Virus record (IMG/VR): IMGVR_UViG_2634166464_000002
Location: 1 to 64,000 of that record
DNA from: a virus
Lineage: Duplodnaviria > Caudoviricetes
Strand: one strand, 5' to 3'
DNA length: 64,000 nt
Made by a program: the position numbers and the translations under genes. This document shows positions 52,558 through 62,240 of this stretch, piece after piece. How positions within the stretch are numbered: the first letter of the stretch is position 1; each line of letters starts with the position of its first letter. The notes under the pieces were generated by a model that saw nothing but the letters and a program-made list of their open reading frames with translations, was not told the origin of the DNA and did no database searches.

Positions 52558-53216
52558 CAGCCCGACGCCCTAATGTCGTAGACCATGAGCTCGCCCGCGA
52601 TGCGGTGCGTCGAGTCGTCGACCGAAAGCACGTTGAGCGAGCGCCCGCGCACGATGATGCGGTCATTGACCTTCGGCGGGATCGGCCAGCCTGCACGCTC
52701 GAGATCGTCGGCAGCGACGTAGACCCTGCGCTCGCCTTGCGTGATGCCGCCGATGAGCTCGTCGGGCTGATAGCCAACGACGATCGCGCGGGCGACAGCC
52801 TCGATCGCAGGAGCGTTCGGGACCACACGGCGCATCGTGACCACCTCGCCGCGGATCGAGAATTCGCGGTCGTATTGCGCGCGGCCGGGAGTGTTGTTGA
52901 GGTCGAGGCGGAGCATGCCATCGGGCCGCTCCGTGTGGAGGATGCCGGCGATCTCATAGGACTCGCCGTCGACCACCACCTGGTCGGAGGTTGTGAGGGA
53001 CCGCGCGAACGCGCTGTCGTGCAGGGTCAGGGTCGCGGTCCTGACCTGCAGCGCCAGGCCCCCGATCGTGACGTCGCGTGGGCGAGTGTCCTTGATCCCG
53101 GCCCAGACAGGATCGCCGAGCGGCTCGAACCCGCCCCGGAGCGTGCCTAGCGCTTCGGGCACGGGTGCTCGCCGCCGGAAACTCGCGCGGCGGTTGAGCA
53201 GGCCTGCAGCTGTCAT
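52557..53216 (-). CDS. Head closure/head-tail adaptor, two-domain
   Basis: N-half 'AGLLNRR..F.R...VWA.I'; C-half 'GE.VT.RR...P..NDRI.V.G..LNV'. Confidence 0.7.
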   Translation of the reverse strand: MTAAGLLNRRASFRRRAPVPEALGTLRGGFEPLGDPVWAGIKDTRPRDVTIGGLALQVRTATLTLHDSAFARSLTTSDQVVVDGESYEIAGILHTERPDGMLRLDLNNTPGRAQYDREFSIRGEVVTMRRVVPNAPAIEAVARAIVVGYQPDELIGGITQGERRVYVAADDLERAGWPIPPKVNDRIIVRGRSLNVLSVDDSTHRIAGELMVYDIRASG

Positions 53217-53836
53217 CAGGAGTGGTCGTGAGCGATCCGATAGCGCCCGCAGAGGGCTTTCAGTCCGTATTCGATCTCGCCGCCCACCGTGCGCCCCTCC
53301 GAGCCCACGGTCTCGCGGTTTTGGTACCAGTGCGCGGCCAGCATCCGGATCCCCAGCTTGATCGGGCTCGGAATGTCGGCCGCGGCGCCAAAGCCGGCCA
53401 CGAAGCGCAGGCGATAGGCGCGCGGATTGCGGATCCCCACGTAGGGCCAGGCCCGCGAGGAGACGATCCGGTGGACACGCGGGAAGACGCCCGTCGTCCC
53501 GACGAAGTAGGATTCGGGCGCCACTGGCGTGTAGGTCGCGTTGGCGAGGTAATCGAAGACGATCGCCGCGCCTTCCTTGATGGGCCGCATTGGGAGCTCG
53601 AACCCGTAGCGATCCGGCCCCGCGCTGTAGACCTCGAATTCTTCGTCGAGCAGGCAGCAATGGCCGAGCCAACCTTCAGGGCCCGACAAGTAGTCGTAAG
53701 CAGCCTCGATGAAGACTGCGATGAGTTCGTCCTCTTCCGAGTGACTGACACGGACCTGCGCTTTCACATCAGCAATCGAGACGACGGCGAGCTTCTGCTC
53801 GCGTGTCAAAGATGTTGAGATCCGGCGCAGGTCCAT
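53216..53836 (-). CDS. Head-tail connector (gp6/gp15-like)
   Basis: 'VSIADVKAQVRV.HSEED.LI...I.AA', 'F.AGFG..A.IP.PIK..I.ML.AHWY.NRE'. Confidence 0.88.
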   Translation of the reverse strand: MDLRRISTSLTREQKLAVVSIADVKAQVRVSHSEEDELIAVFIEAAYDYLSGPEGWLGHCCLLDEEFEVYSAGPDRYGFELPMRPIKEGAAIVFDYLANATYTPVAPESYFVGTTGVFPRVHRIVSSRAWPYVGIRNPRAYRLRFVAGFGAAADIPSPIKLGIRMLAAHWYQNRETVGSEGRTVGGEIEYGLKALCGRYRIAHDHS

Positions 53837-53839
53837 GCG

Positions 53840-53995
53840 TCAGTCCTTCGTGTCGTAACCGCTCCCGCGGCGCGAAGGACGCATGGCGCGGTCCTCATAG
53901 CGGCGCGGGCGACGACGCATCTGCCGAGGATCGTGCTCCTCGGCAGCGCGCTCTTCGTCACTTTTTGGCGGTTGGGGCTTTTTGGGTGTCGTCAC
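53840..53995 (-). CDS. Small basic hypothetical protein
   Basis: GTG start, Arg-rich, ends next to connector start. Confidence 0.45.
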   Translation of the reverse strand: MTTPKKPQPPKSDEERAAEEHDPRQMRRRPRRYEDRAMRPSRRGSGYDTKD

Positions 53996-54299
53996 TGGTG
54001 GTTCTCGACGTGTCGGTGCTGGTCGAAGCCGTCGACACGCGCATCGGCTTTGCATCCTGGCTCGCAGCCATGGGCTCGCCGCCGCGCTTGCTCTTCACGT
54101 CGGCGCTCGCAGGCCTGATGCGGTCGTCGACCATGTGCTCGGAGGCCAGCGGCTCGGGTTCCTGGTCCGGATCAAGCTCATGCCCGACCGGCTGGATCTG
54201 CCCCTCGGCAACAGCCTCGGCGCCCCGCTTCTCGATCTCGCTCATCTCCTTGAGGCGGTCGCGGGCCTCCGGGAGAGTTTCACTCTTCATCTTCGTCAT
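53958..54299 (-). CDS. Hypothetical disordered protein
   Basis: GAGG RBS; overlaps neighbours. Confidence 0.55.
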   Translation of the reverse strand: MTKMKSETLPEARDRLKEMSEIEKRGAEAVAEGQIQPVGHELDPDQEPEPLASEHMVDDRIRPASADVKSKRGGEPMAASQDAKPMRVSTASTSTDTSRTTSDDTQKAPTAKK

Positions 54300-54678
54300 C
54301 TTCGTTACCTCGACGCTCCAGTTCGCCCTGGATGATCAGGTCGGCTTCGGCGACGGATGAGATCACCCGCGCTCCGCCTACGAGATCCTTCGCAATGCGA
54401 ACGCGCTGCAGATGGTGGAGCGATCTCCAGTTCTCTGGGATCTCCACCGACGATGAGGCAGCGGGGATATTGCTGCGCTCAGGGGTGTCGGCCGGCACGT
54501 CCACCGGTCGACCGTCTTTCCCGACAGGAACTGCCACTTTGCGCTGGAAGAGCCTCAAGGCCTCGTCTGGAGGGAATCCCGCCAGTGCTCCTTCGTCGTA
54601 AGGGGCGAAGGAGTCGACAACTTGCATGAGCACGAGGCCCTGCTTGTTCGCGAGGCTTTCGAAGGTGTTCAATTGCAT
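54280..54678 (-). CDS. Head-associated hypothetical protein
   Basis: Follows capsid gene; 'AGF...A..L.....A' and 'IPENWR.L' modules. Confidence 0.65.
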   Translation of the reverse strand: MQLNTFESLANKQGLVLMQVVDSFAPYDEGALAGFPPDEALRLFQRKVAVPVGKDGRPVDVPADTPERSNIPAASSSVEIPENWRSLHHLQRVRIAKDLVGGARVISSVAEADLIIQGELERRGNEDDEDEE

Positions 54679-54701
54679 GGCCTGTTCCTGTCTTTTGATT
54701 C

Positions 54702-54729
54702 AAAAGACGGCCCGCCCAGAGGCGAGCCG
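54702..54729 (-). terminator. Terminator after major capsid gene
   Basis: Minus strand CGGCTCGCC-TCTG-GGCGGGCCG-TCTTTT. Confidence 0.65.
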
Positions 54730-54734
54730 CGTGA

Positions 54735-56081
54735 TCAGAACCTGATCGTCGCTTTCACGACAGCCTTCGCGAAGCGCAGGCCGAAGTCGTGCATCGACTC
54801 CGCCAAAATCGCGAACATGTTTTGCTGCCAGAGGTGGATGAGGTTCTCACCCGTGCCATCGGGATCGAGCGTCGCCTGGTCGCTCATCTTCATCGTGATG
54901 CCCTCTTCTTCACCGAAGAGCACATGCGTGAAGTCGACGAGCGCAAGCGTGGTCTCGTCGGTGGTCGCACCGCCGTTCGTGGGGAGCTGCGCGGTCACCA
55001 CGACCGGAAACCCTTTCCACGTCACGGCATTGCCGCTTCCGATTCCCTGCATCGTTGGGAATGCGAAATCGCCGTCAGAGCCTTCACCAACGCGGACATC
55101 CGCGAGGCGCATCGCCGTGCGATAGCTCATCACCCAACGCCACCGGTTGCTGGCGAAGATATTTGCGGTCGTCATCCGCAGGATCATTGCGGTGGCGAGC
55201 GCATCGAGCTCAGCGAGCGTCGGGTTGAGCGGATCCGCGAAGGTCGGCGTGATGATCTGAACGCCGGCCTTGTTGAGGATTCCCAGCGGCGATGCGCCAG
55301 CACCAGTGCCAAGCCAGCCGTTGAGATCGAGCGTCAGAGCGAGTGCGCTTCTGAGATCCTCGCGCACATACTCTTCAATGTTACCGATCGTCCACATGCG
55401 GGCTTCATTGGTCAGCGGCACAATGCCGGCCAATTTTTTGGCCCTCATGTCAATCGCGTCGAAAGTCGGCGTGGAGACTGGCTTCAGAGCGCCTTCAGCA
55501 ACGTACGCTGCCGTCGCACCGGTTGCGCCGCGGCCGACTTTGTACTGGCCGTTCACAAACTGCACCCGCGTTGGGCCCGCAGCGAGGAACGTTGACTGCA
55601 TGCGAAGCAGCGGAATGATTCCGCCAACCTGCGCCTGCGGGACGAGAATACCGCCCTCGGCCGACACGAGCGTGTTGACGGCCTTGGCCTTCGGGTCTTG
55701 CTTGAGCTCGCCCGCAAACTGGCCGTAGCCTTCGTCTTCCAAGACCTTCAGCGGGTGCTTCCCGTCTGCTTTGCCCTTGATGATCGCCGCCGCCGTGAGC
55801 GACAGGGCCATCTCGCCGCGGATCTCTTTCGGCTGCGCATGCAGGACCGTGCGCTGCTCGCCGGCCGGCTCGTTCGCGGGCCGGGAGGCCTTCGCCTCGA
55901 GCTCTTCCGCCTTCTCGAGGAGCGAGACCTTCTTCTCGATCGCCTCGATCTCCTTCAGTGCGGTCTCGAATGCATCGAGATCCTCCTGGGTGGCTTCGTC
56001 CGCAAACGCCTTGCTCTGGATGCCTGCGAGCGCGCCGTACTTCTCACGCAACTGAGCGCGCAGCTTCTCGAGTTCAGACAT
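54735..56081 (-). CDS. HK97-fold major capsid protein
   Basis: Coiled-coil delta domain, 'GGILVP', 'YVAEG', 'KKLAGIVP.TNE', 'G.G...PLGIL', 'LWQQN..AI.AE..HDF'. Confidence 0.93.
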   Translation of the reverse strand: MSELEKLRAQLREKYGALAGIQSKAFADEATQEDLDAFETALKEIEAIEKKVSLLEKAEELEAKASRPANEPAGEQRTVLHAQPKEIRGEMALSLTAAAIIKGKADGKHPLKVLEDEGYGQFAGELKQDPKAKAVNTLVSAEGGILVPQAQVGGIIPLLRMQSTFLAAGPTRVQFVNGQYKVGRGATGATAAYVAEGALKPVSTPTFDAIDMRAKKLAGIVPLTNEARMWTIGNIEEYVREDLRSALALTLDLNGWLGTGAGASPLGILNKAGVQIITPTFADPLNPTLAELDALATAMILRMTTANIFASNRWRWVMSYRTAMRLADVRVGEGSDGDFAFPTMQGIGSGNAVTWKGFPVVVTAQLPTNGGATTDETTLALVDFTHVLFGEEEGITMKMSDQATLDPDGTGENLIHLWQQNMFAILAESMHDFGLRFAKAVVKATIRF

Positions 56082-56175
56082 GAGTAATTACTCCACTCTA
56101 CTCATGGAAACGGGCGCCGTAGCGCCCGCTCATCGCCCCTACCCGCTGGGGCCAGCGTTTCGGCTGCACGCCGAG

Positions 56176-57246
56176 TTAAGCCGCGAGACCTTTTTCCCTG
56201 AGACGCGAGTCCAAAGCCTCGAGGCGTGTTTTGAGCGCTTCCTTGCGCGACGCTTCGGCGACCGTGGCTTCCGCCTCTGCAGTACGTTGCGCCTGGAGTT
56301 CCTGCTCCAGACGCGCTTGGTTCTCCTCGCCAAACGCGAGGTCGAAGATGCGCCGCAGGAACGAGCGCGCCTGCGGCTGCGTCATCTCGGGCCCGGGAGC
56401 GGCATCGTTCGCGGCGGGCGGATGGTCGGGCGCGGGATCCTGTGAACCCACACTCTCCTGCGGTTCCGGATTGGCATCAGGCTCCTTGATCGCCTTCGCG
56501 ACAGCCTCCTCGATCGCTTTCGCGTCCACCTTCTCGGCGCCGACCACGACGACGATCGTGCGGTTGCCGGAGGATTCCTTGTGCGCGGCCTCGAGCTCGG
56601 CCCTCGGGATGACCAAGCCGGTGCCCGTGCGAGTCCAGGTGTCGAGGATCTCTTCGATGAGATCGCGCGACATCTTCAGTTCGCCACGCGCGGCCTTCGC
56701 AATAGCCTCGGGCTGGGCCGGAATCGGTACGAGCGAGCACTCGATCAGTTCCGCCTCCAGGATGTCGTAGCCAGGCCAGTAGTATGTGTCCTGCTTCTCC
56801 TCGGGTACCTCGCGCTTCTTCACGCTCTTCGGCAGGAAGCCGATCGACACCGTGCGGATGCCGCCGTGTTCCAGCATCCAGGCTGCCTGGTCGATCTCGG
56901 GGATCGGCCCGCCGGCAGGATGGAGCGTCAGCGTGCCCTCGGTGCGCTTTGGCCTCCCGTTCAGGATCTTGCTGACGTCGCTCCACAGGCCGACGGGAAA
57001 CTTGGAGGAGGAGTGGAACAGCAGACCCTGCGGGTTCTTCATGAACTCCGTGAGATCGACGCCCTCCTGATGCACCACGTCGCGGTCACGATCGGGCGTC
57101 TGCGTGCTCATCACGAAGCGAGCTGAGCGCTTCTCGGGATCCCATGACGGTACGCCCTTCGCCGCCTTCATGACGGTGCCGTCTTCCGACACGAAGTTCT
57201 TCCTCGCGGCGAGGTATTCATCGACGCTGACGAGGTTGTCGCCCAT
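56176..57246 (-). CDS. HK97-family prohead protease
   Basis: 'DRDRDVV..G', 'LLFH', 'VSIGF', 'ELIECSLVPIPAQ.EA'. Confidence 0.9.
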   Translation of the reverse strand: MGDNLVSVDEYLAARKNFVSEDGTVMKAAKGVPSWDPEKRSARFVMSTQTPDRDRDVVHQEGVDLTEFMKNPQGLLFHSSSKFPVGLWSDVSKILNGRPKRTEGTLTLHPAGGPIPEIDQAAWMLEHGGIRTVSIGFLPKSVKKREVPEEKQDTYYWPGYDILEAELIECSLVPIPAQPEAIAKAARGELKMSRDLIEEILDTWTRTGTGLVIPRAELEAAHKESSGNRTIVVVVGAEKVDAKAIEEAVAKAIKEPDANPEPQESVGSQDPAPDHPPAANDAAPGPEMTQPQARSFLRRIFDLAFGEENQARLEQELQAQRTAEAEATVAEASRKEALKTRLEALDSRLREKGLAA

Positions 57247-57255
57247 TCCGATCTC

Positions 57256-57468
57256 CTACTTGCTCTCAGCCGAGGGCCTCTTGCCGCGCTCGACGAAATA
57301 CTTGGTCGCGACCACGATCACGAACGCGCCGTAAGCGTCGTGCGCCAATCCCTGGAAGTAGTCTTCCCACTTCCACTCGGACGCGATCAGCCACGCGAAC
57401 ACGCTGATTCCGAGCCACATGCCGGCAAGCACAATCGAGAGGCTGTGCTCACGCAGCCATTTCACCAA
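57256..57468 (-). CDS. Small membrane protein
   Basis: 'WLREHSLSIVL' TM and 'VVATKYF.E.G...SAESK'. Confidence 0.6.
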   Translation of the reverse strand: MVKWLREHSLSIVLAGMWLGISVFAWLIASEWKWEDYFQGLAHDAYGAFVIVVATKYFVERGKRPSAESK

Positions 57469-57471
57469 GGC

Positions 57472-57831
57472 TCAGGCGCTCCGGGAGATCCGTCGCGCGA
57501 CCTCGAGGAGGTCGACACCCATCGCCACCGCAAATCGCTGAATGGCGAGAACCGCTTCCTCTTCCAGGTAGTGGATCTCCGTGGCCGGCGTGTTCGTGAC
57601 GACGTCCCGCAGCGTCGGCGACCATGGCAGCCCGAGCCAATAGGCGAGCAACGCATGGGTGAGATCGTGCTCGCGGTTCATAGCCTCGACACTCGAATAA
57701 CCGAGCCTCGCAGCGGTTTCGGCCTGGTCGGCGTGGCCGCTGTGACGGGCGTGCAGCTGCCGCCCATCCGGAAACGTCGTGACCGTATAGTCGTCCTGAA
57801 CTTCGACCGTGACGGCGCCGATCTGGAACAT
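57472..57831 (-). CDS. Hypothetical protein
   Basis: Coupled to portal; 'REHDLTHALLA' His-rich motif. Confidence 0.65.
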   Translation of the reverse strand: MFQIGAVTVEVQDDYTVTTFPDGRQLHARHSGHADQAETAARLGYSSVEAMNREHDLTHALLAYWLGLPWSPTLRDVVTNTPATEIHYLEEEAVLAIQRFAVAMGVDLLEVARRISRSA

Positions 57832-59231
57832 CAGTCGTTGTTCACCGCCAGGCGGAGAGAGCGCTCGCGCGCCGCGCGCTGCTCGTCCTCATCCTCGTTC
57901 TGACCGCCCTGCCCTGTGCCCTGGTTTTGACCCGTGGCCGCTTGCTGGATGACGTTCCCCTGCCTGTCGACGATCGCGAAGTTGACCGGCACCAGGCGCA
58001 CGTCGCCACCCTGCTCGAGCGGAGAGAGCCCGAGCGGCAGACGCTCGCGAGCCTCGTTGACCTCGATGAGACCGTCTTTCACCGCCTTATCGATGACATC
58101 CATCAACGTTTTCGGATCGCCGGCCAGGAGCGACATGCGATCGAATTCAGGCCAGTGATCGTCCCACTCGTCCTCGGGGAGCAGTTCGTTCCTAAACTTC
58201 TCTTCGATGTTGTCCGCGATCGGGATCAAGGAGTCGTTGGCGTAGGCGTTGTTCGCGGCAGCCTGGTTGTCGTACTTGCTACCGTCGCCGTAATGATGAA
58301 CCTTGTGCGGCGGCACTTCCATCAGGCCGCAGATCCTCATCACCATCTGATTGTAGGACTCGGTGGTCAGGGCGTCGCGCGCGTTGACGGCAATCGCCTT
58401 GGCCTTGAGCCCCGCCTCCAAGAGAATCGGGTCGCCGTGCGTGCGTGCCTTGCGGGTGCGCTCGGTCAGCTGCTCCTTCAGGCGCCGGAACGCGGCATCG
58501 GCGAGCTCCGCATTGCCGAAGTCCCGGTCGGTTTCGAACACGAGGGGTTGCTTGCCATCGGAGCCGAAGAGGCTTGTCTGGTAGCTCGAGATCGCGCCGA
58601 GCAGTTCGAACACCGGATGCCCGAGCCTCGCGTTGCTCAGGCCTTCCAGCCCATCGAGCAACTTGCCGCGCAAATGAATGATCCGTTCGGCCGGGACAAT
58701 GATGACACTCTCGCCGAGCTGCGCACGCTCGAACTCGGTGGCTGCATTGATCTCGTAGAACAGGCGCCCGGTATCGCTGATGCGTGGGCGGCAGCGCGCC
58801 GGCTGCAGAGGCAAGAGCTCGAGGACGTCACCGAGCCGCGTGACGCGCTTCAAAATGTACGAATTCTGGGCGAGCTCGAGATGGATTATCACCATCCTCC
58901 AGAACTCGCCCCAGGAGTGGATGCTATTGGGCTTGCGCGCCAGCATCCGCGCAAACCAGTGCGCGCCTGGCTCGACCTCGGTCCAGCGTCGTCCCTGCCG
59001 GCGCCAGAGCTTCATGCCGGCCTTTGCAATGTCCCGCGCTTTGACCGCGGCGCACTGAACCGCCAACGCCAGCCCGACGCTCTCCAAGCGGCGCGGATCC
59101 GGGACATTCCACCCGAAGGATGGCCAGAAATCGGGGCTCAGCCCGATCTCCTGCCAGAACTCGGGATCGATGGTCGACGCGACGGGGACCACGTCCGAGG
59201 CCTTCGCGGAGAGGTCCAGGATGTCTCTCAT
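57831..59231 (-). CDS. HK97-family portal protein
   Basis: 'KPN....EFW...L.L..N.Y', 'IIHLR....G.S', 'ILLE.G', 'I......VPP', 'NEAR....L.P...GD'. Confidence 0.92.
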   Translation of the reverse strand: MRDILDLSAKASDVVPVASTIDPEFWQEIGLSPDFWPSFGWNVPDPRRLESVGLALAVQCAAVKARDIAKAGMKLWRRQGRRWTEVEPGAHWFARMLARKPNSIHSWGEFWRMVIIHLELAQNSYILKRVTRLGDVLELLPLQPARCRPRISDTGRLFYEINAATEFERAQLGESVIIVPAERIIHLRGKLLDGLEGLSNARLGHPVFELLGAISSYQTSLFGSDGKQPLVFETDRDFGNAELADAAFRRLKEQLTERTRKARTHGDPILLEAGLKAKAIAVNARDALTTESYNQMVMRICGLMEVPPHKVHHYGDGSKYDNQAAANNAYANDSLIPIADNIEEKFRNELLPEDEWDDHWPEFDRMSLLAGDPKTLMDVIDKAVKDGLIEVNEARERLPLGLSPLEQGGDVRLVPVNFAIVDRQGNVIQQAATGQNQGTGQGGQNEDEDEQRAARERSLRLAVNND

Positions 59232-61081
59232 GCTGCCTGTCCTGCGAGCCCGCGGGCGAGATAGGGGTTCGGCTTCTCACGCTCGCGCCGATCCATGCCC
59301 AGCACGCCGGCTTCGTGATCGAGGCGGATGACGTTGCCGATGATCGTCGCGTCAATGCCGTCGATGTTCGCCTTCGAATCCTTCGTCTCCTTTTTGGGGA
59401 GCACGTTGGAGTTGGCGTCGTAGTAGCCCACAACGTTGCCGGCGCACCAAGCCGTGACGGGGTTGCCGTCATGCTCCAGAAGCTCCGTATTGCCCACGCG
59501 GGCGATCAGGTCTTCCGTAGCCGGCGTCAGTGACCGGGCGTTCTTCTGGACGATGAACGTGGGATGGCCGGCGAGCTCGATTTCCGACGCCATAAGGTTC
59601 GCCTGGTAGTCGTCCAGGCCAACGCCGATCACGATGTGGCCCTCGAGCATGTCGAGCACGCGCTTCAAGATGATCTTGTAGTCGACGAAGGTGCCGCCAT
59701 GCGCGTCGGTGAGCTCGAGCCAGCCTTCCTGGGCCCAGGCCGCAAAGGCATCCGCGAAGCGATCGTCGGTCATGCGCGGGCAGTTGCGGCCGAGCCAATA
59801 CTTCGCGACGGTGTAGAGGCGGTCGCCGACTTTCACCAGGAAGGCAGCCGCATTGAGGTCGTTCCGGCTCGCGAGGTCGAGGCCGACGTACATCGGATAG
59901 CCGCGGAACGCATCGAGGTTGAGCGCTGGGTTCGCGCACGCGTTCCAATCGTCCACCGAGATGAGATTGCCGGCGGCGCGCGACCAGACGTTAAGGCGAG
60001 TCCGGAGGTACTCGTTGAGCTTCGCGGGGCTCTTGCGTGCTTCCGCGATCTCCTCCTCGATCGCCGCCTTGGTGAGCGAGACACCCCAGAGCGGATTGAC
60101 CTTCTCGACCACCTTGAGGTCGAATCGCTTGTCGGTGTCCTCTTTGCTCCCGGCATAGATGACCGTGAAGAGCCGATCATTGCGCATCCGGCCCTTGAGC
60201 ACCGCAAGGCTCGCCTTCCAGTCGTCATAGGCTGGCGAATTGGTGTCGCGGCCGGCTGTCGAGATCGACAGGAACAACGGGTTGCGGCGTGAGCCCATCG
60301 CCGTCTTCAAGACGCCAATCACCGCCTGGCTCTGTGCGTGCAGCTCCTCGGCGAGGACCAGGTGCGGGTTGTAGCCGTCCAAGTTTTCCGCTTTGCTCGT
60401 CGCGAGGGTTATCTTCGATCCCGTGGCGCGGAACTCCGTGTAATCGCGGGTGTCGTGTGCCTGATACAGGTCGACGAGGTCTGGCTCCTTCTTGAGCGTC
60501 TCGCGGATCACGTTGTACGGGATCGCGGCTTGCTTCTCGGAGCCTGCCGAGATCGTGACCTCGGCGCCTGGCTCGTTCTCGCAGTTAGCGCAGTACAACA
60601 CGATCCCCGTCGACAGCGTCGTCTTCGTGTTCTTGCGCGGTACCCACAACGATGCCGAGCGGACCCATCTGAGCCCCGTGCCACGTTCCCGGAAGCCAAA
60701 TATGCCGGCGACCCACCAGCACTGCACCGGCTCGAGCACGATCGTGCCCTCGAACGCTTTGACGTGTGGGAGAAGCTCGATGAAGGCACATGGATCTACG
60801 ACGTGTGCGTCCGACCAGAAGTATTCTGCGCGTCCGCTGAGGGCGAGCCGTCGCATGTCCAGGAAGCGGCGGCAGGCCTGGATTTCTTCTTCACAGGCGG
60901 GCACTCGACCAGCTGAGACTTCTTCGCAGTACCAAACCGCCATGCCTGGGTAGTCCGGGTAGGACTGCCCTTCGACCTCGATGAGCGGGAAGCGCTTATC
61001 GGCGGCGGCACGCGAAACCTGCCCGCGCGAACTTGTTGATCGGCGCTGATTCCGGCGCGGCGATCGGCTTGTCGAGGTCAT
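59228..61081 (-). CDS. terL: Terminase large subunit (start uncertain)
   Basis: 'L.PVQ......IFG', 'VPRKNTKT', 'EELH', 'ISTAG', 'VGLDLASRND', 'IDGIDA'. Confidence 0.93.
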   Translation of the reverse strand: MTSTSRSPRRNQRRSTSSRGQVSRAAADKRFPLIEVEGQSYPDYPGMAVWYCEEVSAGRVPACEEEIQACRRFLDMRRLALSGRAEYFWSDAHVVDPCAFIELLPHVKAFEGTIVLEPVQCWWVAGIFGFRERGTGLRWVRSASLWVPRKNTKTTLSTGIVLYCANCENEPGAEVTISAGSEKQAAIPYNVIRETLKKEPDLVDLYQAHDTRDYTEFRATGSKITLATSKAENLDGYNPHLVLAEELHAQSQAVIGVLKTAMGSRRNPLFLSISTAGRDTNSPAYDDWKASLAVLKGRMRNDRLFTVIYAGSKEDTDKRFDLKVVEKVNPLWGVSLTKAAIEEEIAEARKSPAKLNEYLRTRLNVWSRAAGNLISVDDWNACANPALNLDAFRGYPMYVGLDLASRNDLNAAAFLVKVGDRLYTVAKYWLGRNCPRMTDDRFADAFAAWAQEGWLELTDAHGGTFVDYKIILKRVLDMLEGHIVIGVGLDDYQANLMASEIELAGHPTFIVQKNARSLTPATEDLIARVGNTELLEHDGNPVTAWCAGNVVGYYDANSNVLPKKETKDSKANIDGIDATIIGNVIRLDHEAGVLGMDRREREKPNPYLARGLAGQAA

Positions 61082-61385
61082 CGAGTCCTAACGCAGCCCG
61101 AGCCTTGTCCATCTGGACAAAGGTACTGGCTCTGATCTGCTTCCCGTCAGCCACGGCACGATGGACGTTGTCGAACTGCGCGACATACGACGAGAGCGAG
61201 CGATGCTTGTCGGCCGTGAGATGGCCGGCGTCGTAGAGGAGGCGCGCGAGCGTGTCATATTCCTTGCGCGCTGCCTCGGTGAACAGAGGAAACAGGCAGT
61301 CGGGAATCGCCCGGTAGGATGGGTGGGCGAGGACATTCGGATCCCCGCGGCCAGCCTGCGCGAGCGTCTGACGCTTGGGCCTCAT
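60996..61385 (-). CDS. terS: Terminase small subunit (P27-like)
   Basis: Directly upstream of terL; 'ARKEY..L...L..AG.LT..D...L..Y...LGL'. Confidence 0.7.
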   Translation of the reverse strand: MRPKRQTLAQAGRGDPNVLAHPSYRAIPDCLFPLFTEAARKEYDTLARLLYDAGHLTADKHRSLSSYVAQFDNVHRAVADGKQIRASTFVQMDKARAALGLDDLDKPIAAPESAPINKFARAGFACRRR

Positions 61386-62077
61386 GCTGCACGTTTGATT
61401 TCCGTGGCGATGCAGGCCTCACCATGTCGGGTGAGCAACCTGTCGAGCACCTTTAGGGACATCCAGGCACGCCCGTTCTGGCCCCAACTGCCCGACCAAG
61501 AATTCAGGATCCGGATCGCACCCGTGCTGCCATCAGGGCACGGCTTCTTCCGATTGGCGCCGATCGCGAGATACGCGTGACCACCAAACGACTCGCCCTC
61601 GTCCCAGATAAACCCATACGGGTCGGGGTCGAACATGCGCTCGGTCCAGTCGGTACCAAGGACCATGGGGCCCGTCATGAGCAGATGCCCCATCACCATC
61701 TCGGCGTTCCAGGCCCAGCGATACTCGGTGATGAAGCCGTCGCGCTTCAGCACCTTAAACAGAGCGCGGACGCTGGTGCCCTCATAATCAGGCTCTTCGC
61801 CTGGCCACTCGTCGAGACGCTGGCACTCTAGGTAGAGTTGGTGCGGCATCAGATGGGGCACGTTCACGACCGGATGCGTGGTCAGGTAACGCGTACCAGC
61901 ATACGCAACACACTGGCTGGTGTAGCCCTGATCGAGCGGCCCTCCCCTACACAGCCAATACTTGCTGGTCCGCGTCGGAGGAACCGAGACGCGCTGCAGC
62001 GCAAAGCGGCGATCACGATCATCAAACGCCGGCCGGCGACCAAGCCGGCGTGGATCGGGTTCAACGCCGCGCGTCAT
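61382..62077 (-). CDS. Papain-like (C1) cysteine protease
   Basis: 'DQGYTSQCVAYA' (Q, C), 'GGHAYLAIG' (H), 'ILNSWSGSWGQNG' (N). Confidence 0.88.
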   Translation of the reverse strand: MTRGVEPDPRRLGRRPAFDDRDRRFALQRVSVPPTRTSKYWLCRGGPLDQGYTSQCVAYAGTRYLTTHPVVNVPHLMPHQLYLECQRLDEWPGEEPDYEGTSVRALFKVLKRDGFITEYRWAWNAEMVMGHLLMTGPMVLGTDWTERMFDPDPYGFIWDEGESFGGHAYLAIGANRKKPCPDGSTGAIRILNSWSGSWGQNGRAWMSLKVLDRLLTRHGEACIATEIKRAA

Positions 62078-62080
62078 GGG

Positions 62081-62236
62081 TCAGAAGTGTCCGGTCACCG
62101 CGAAGATGAGGAGAAGAACGAACACCACGAGGATGATGCCTGACGGGCCGTAGCCCCAAGAGCGGCTGTAATTCCACGTCGGGAGCGCGCCGATCAGGAT
62201 CAGAATGAGGATGACAAGCAGGATCGTGGTCAGCAT
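62081..62236 (-). CDS. DUF3309-family small membrane protein
   Basis: 'ILLVILILILIGALPTW.YSRSWGYGPSG'. Confidence 0.85.
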   Translation of the reverse strand: MLTTILLVILILILIGALPTWNYSRSWGYGPSGIILVVFVLLLIFAVTGHF

Positions 62237-62240
62237 GTTC

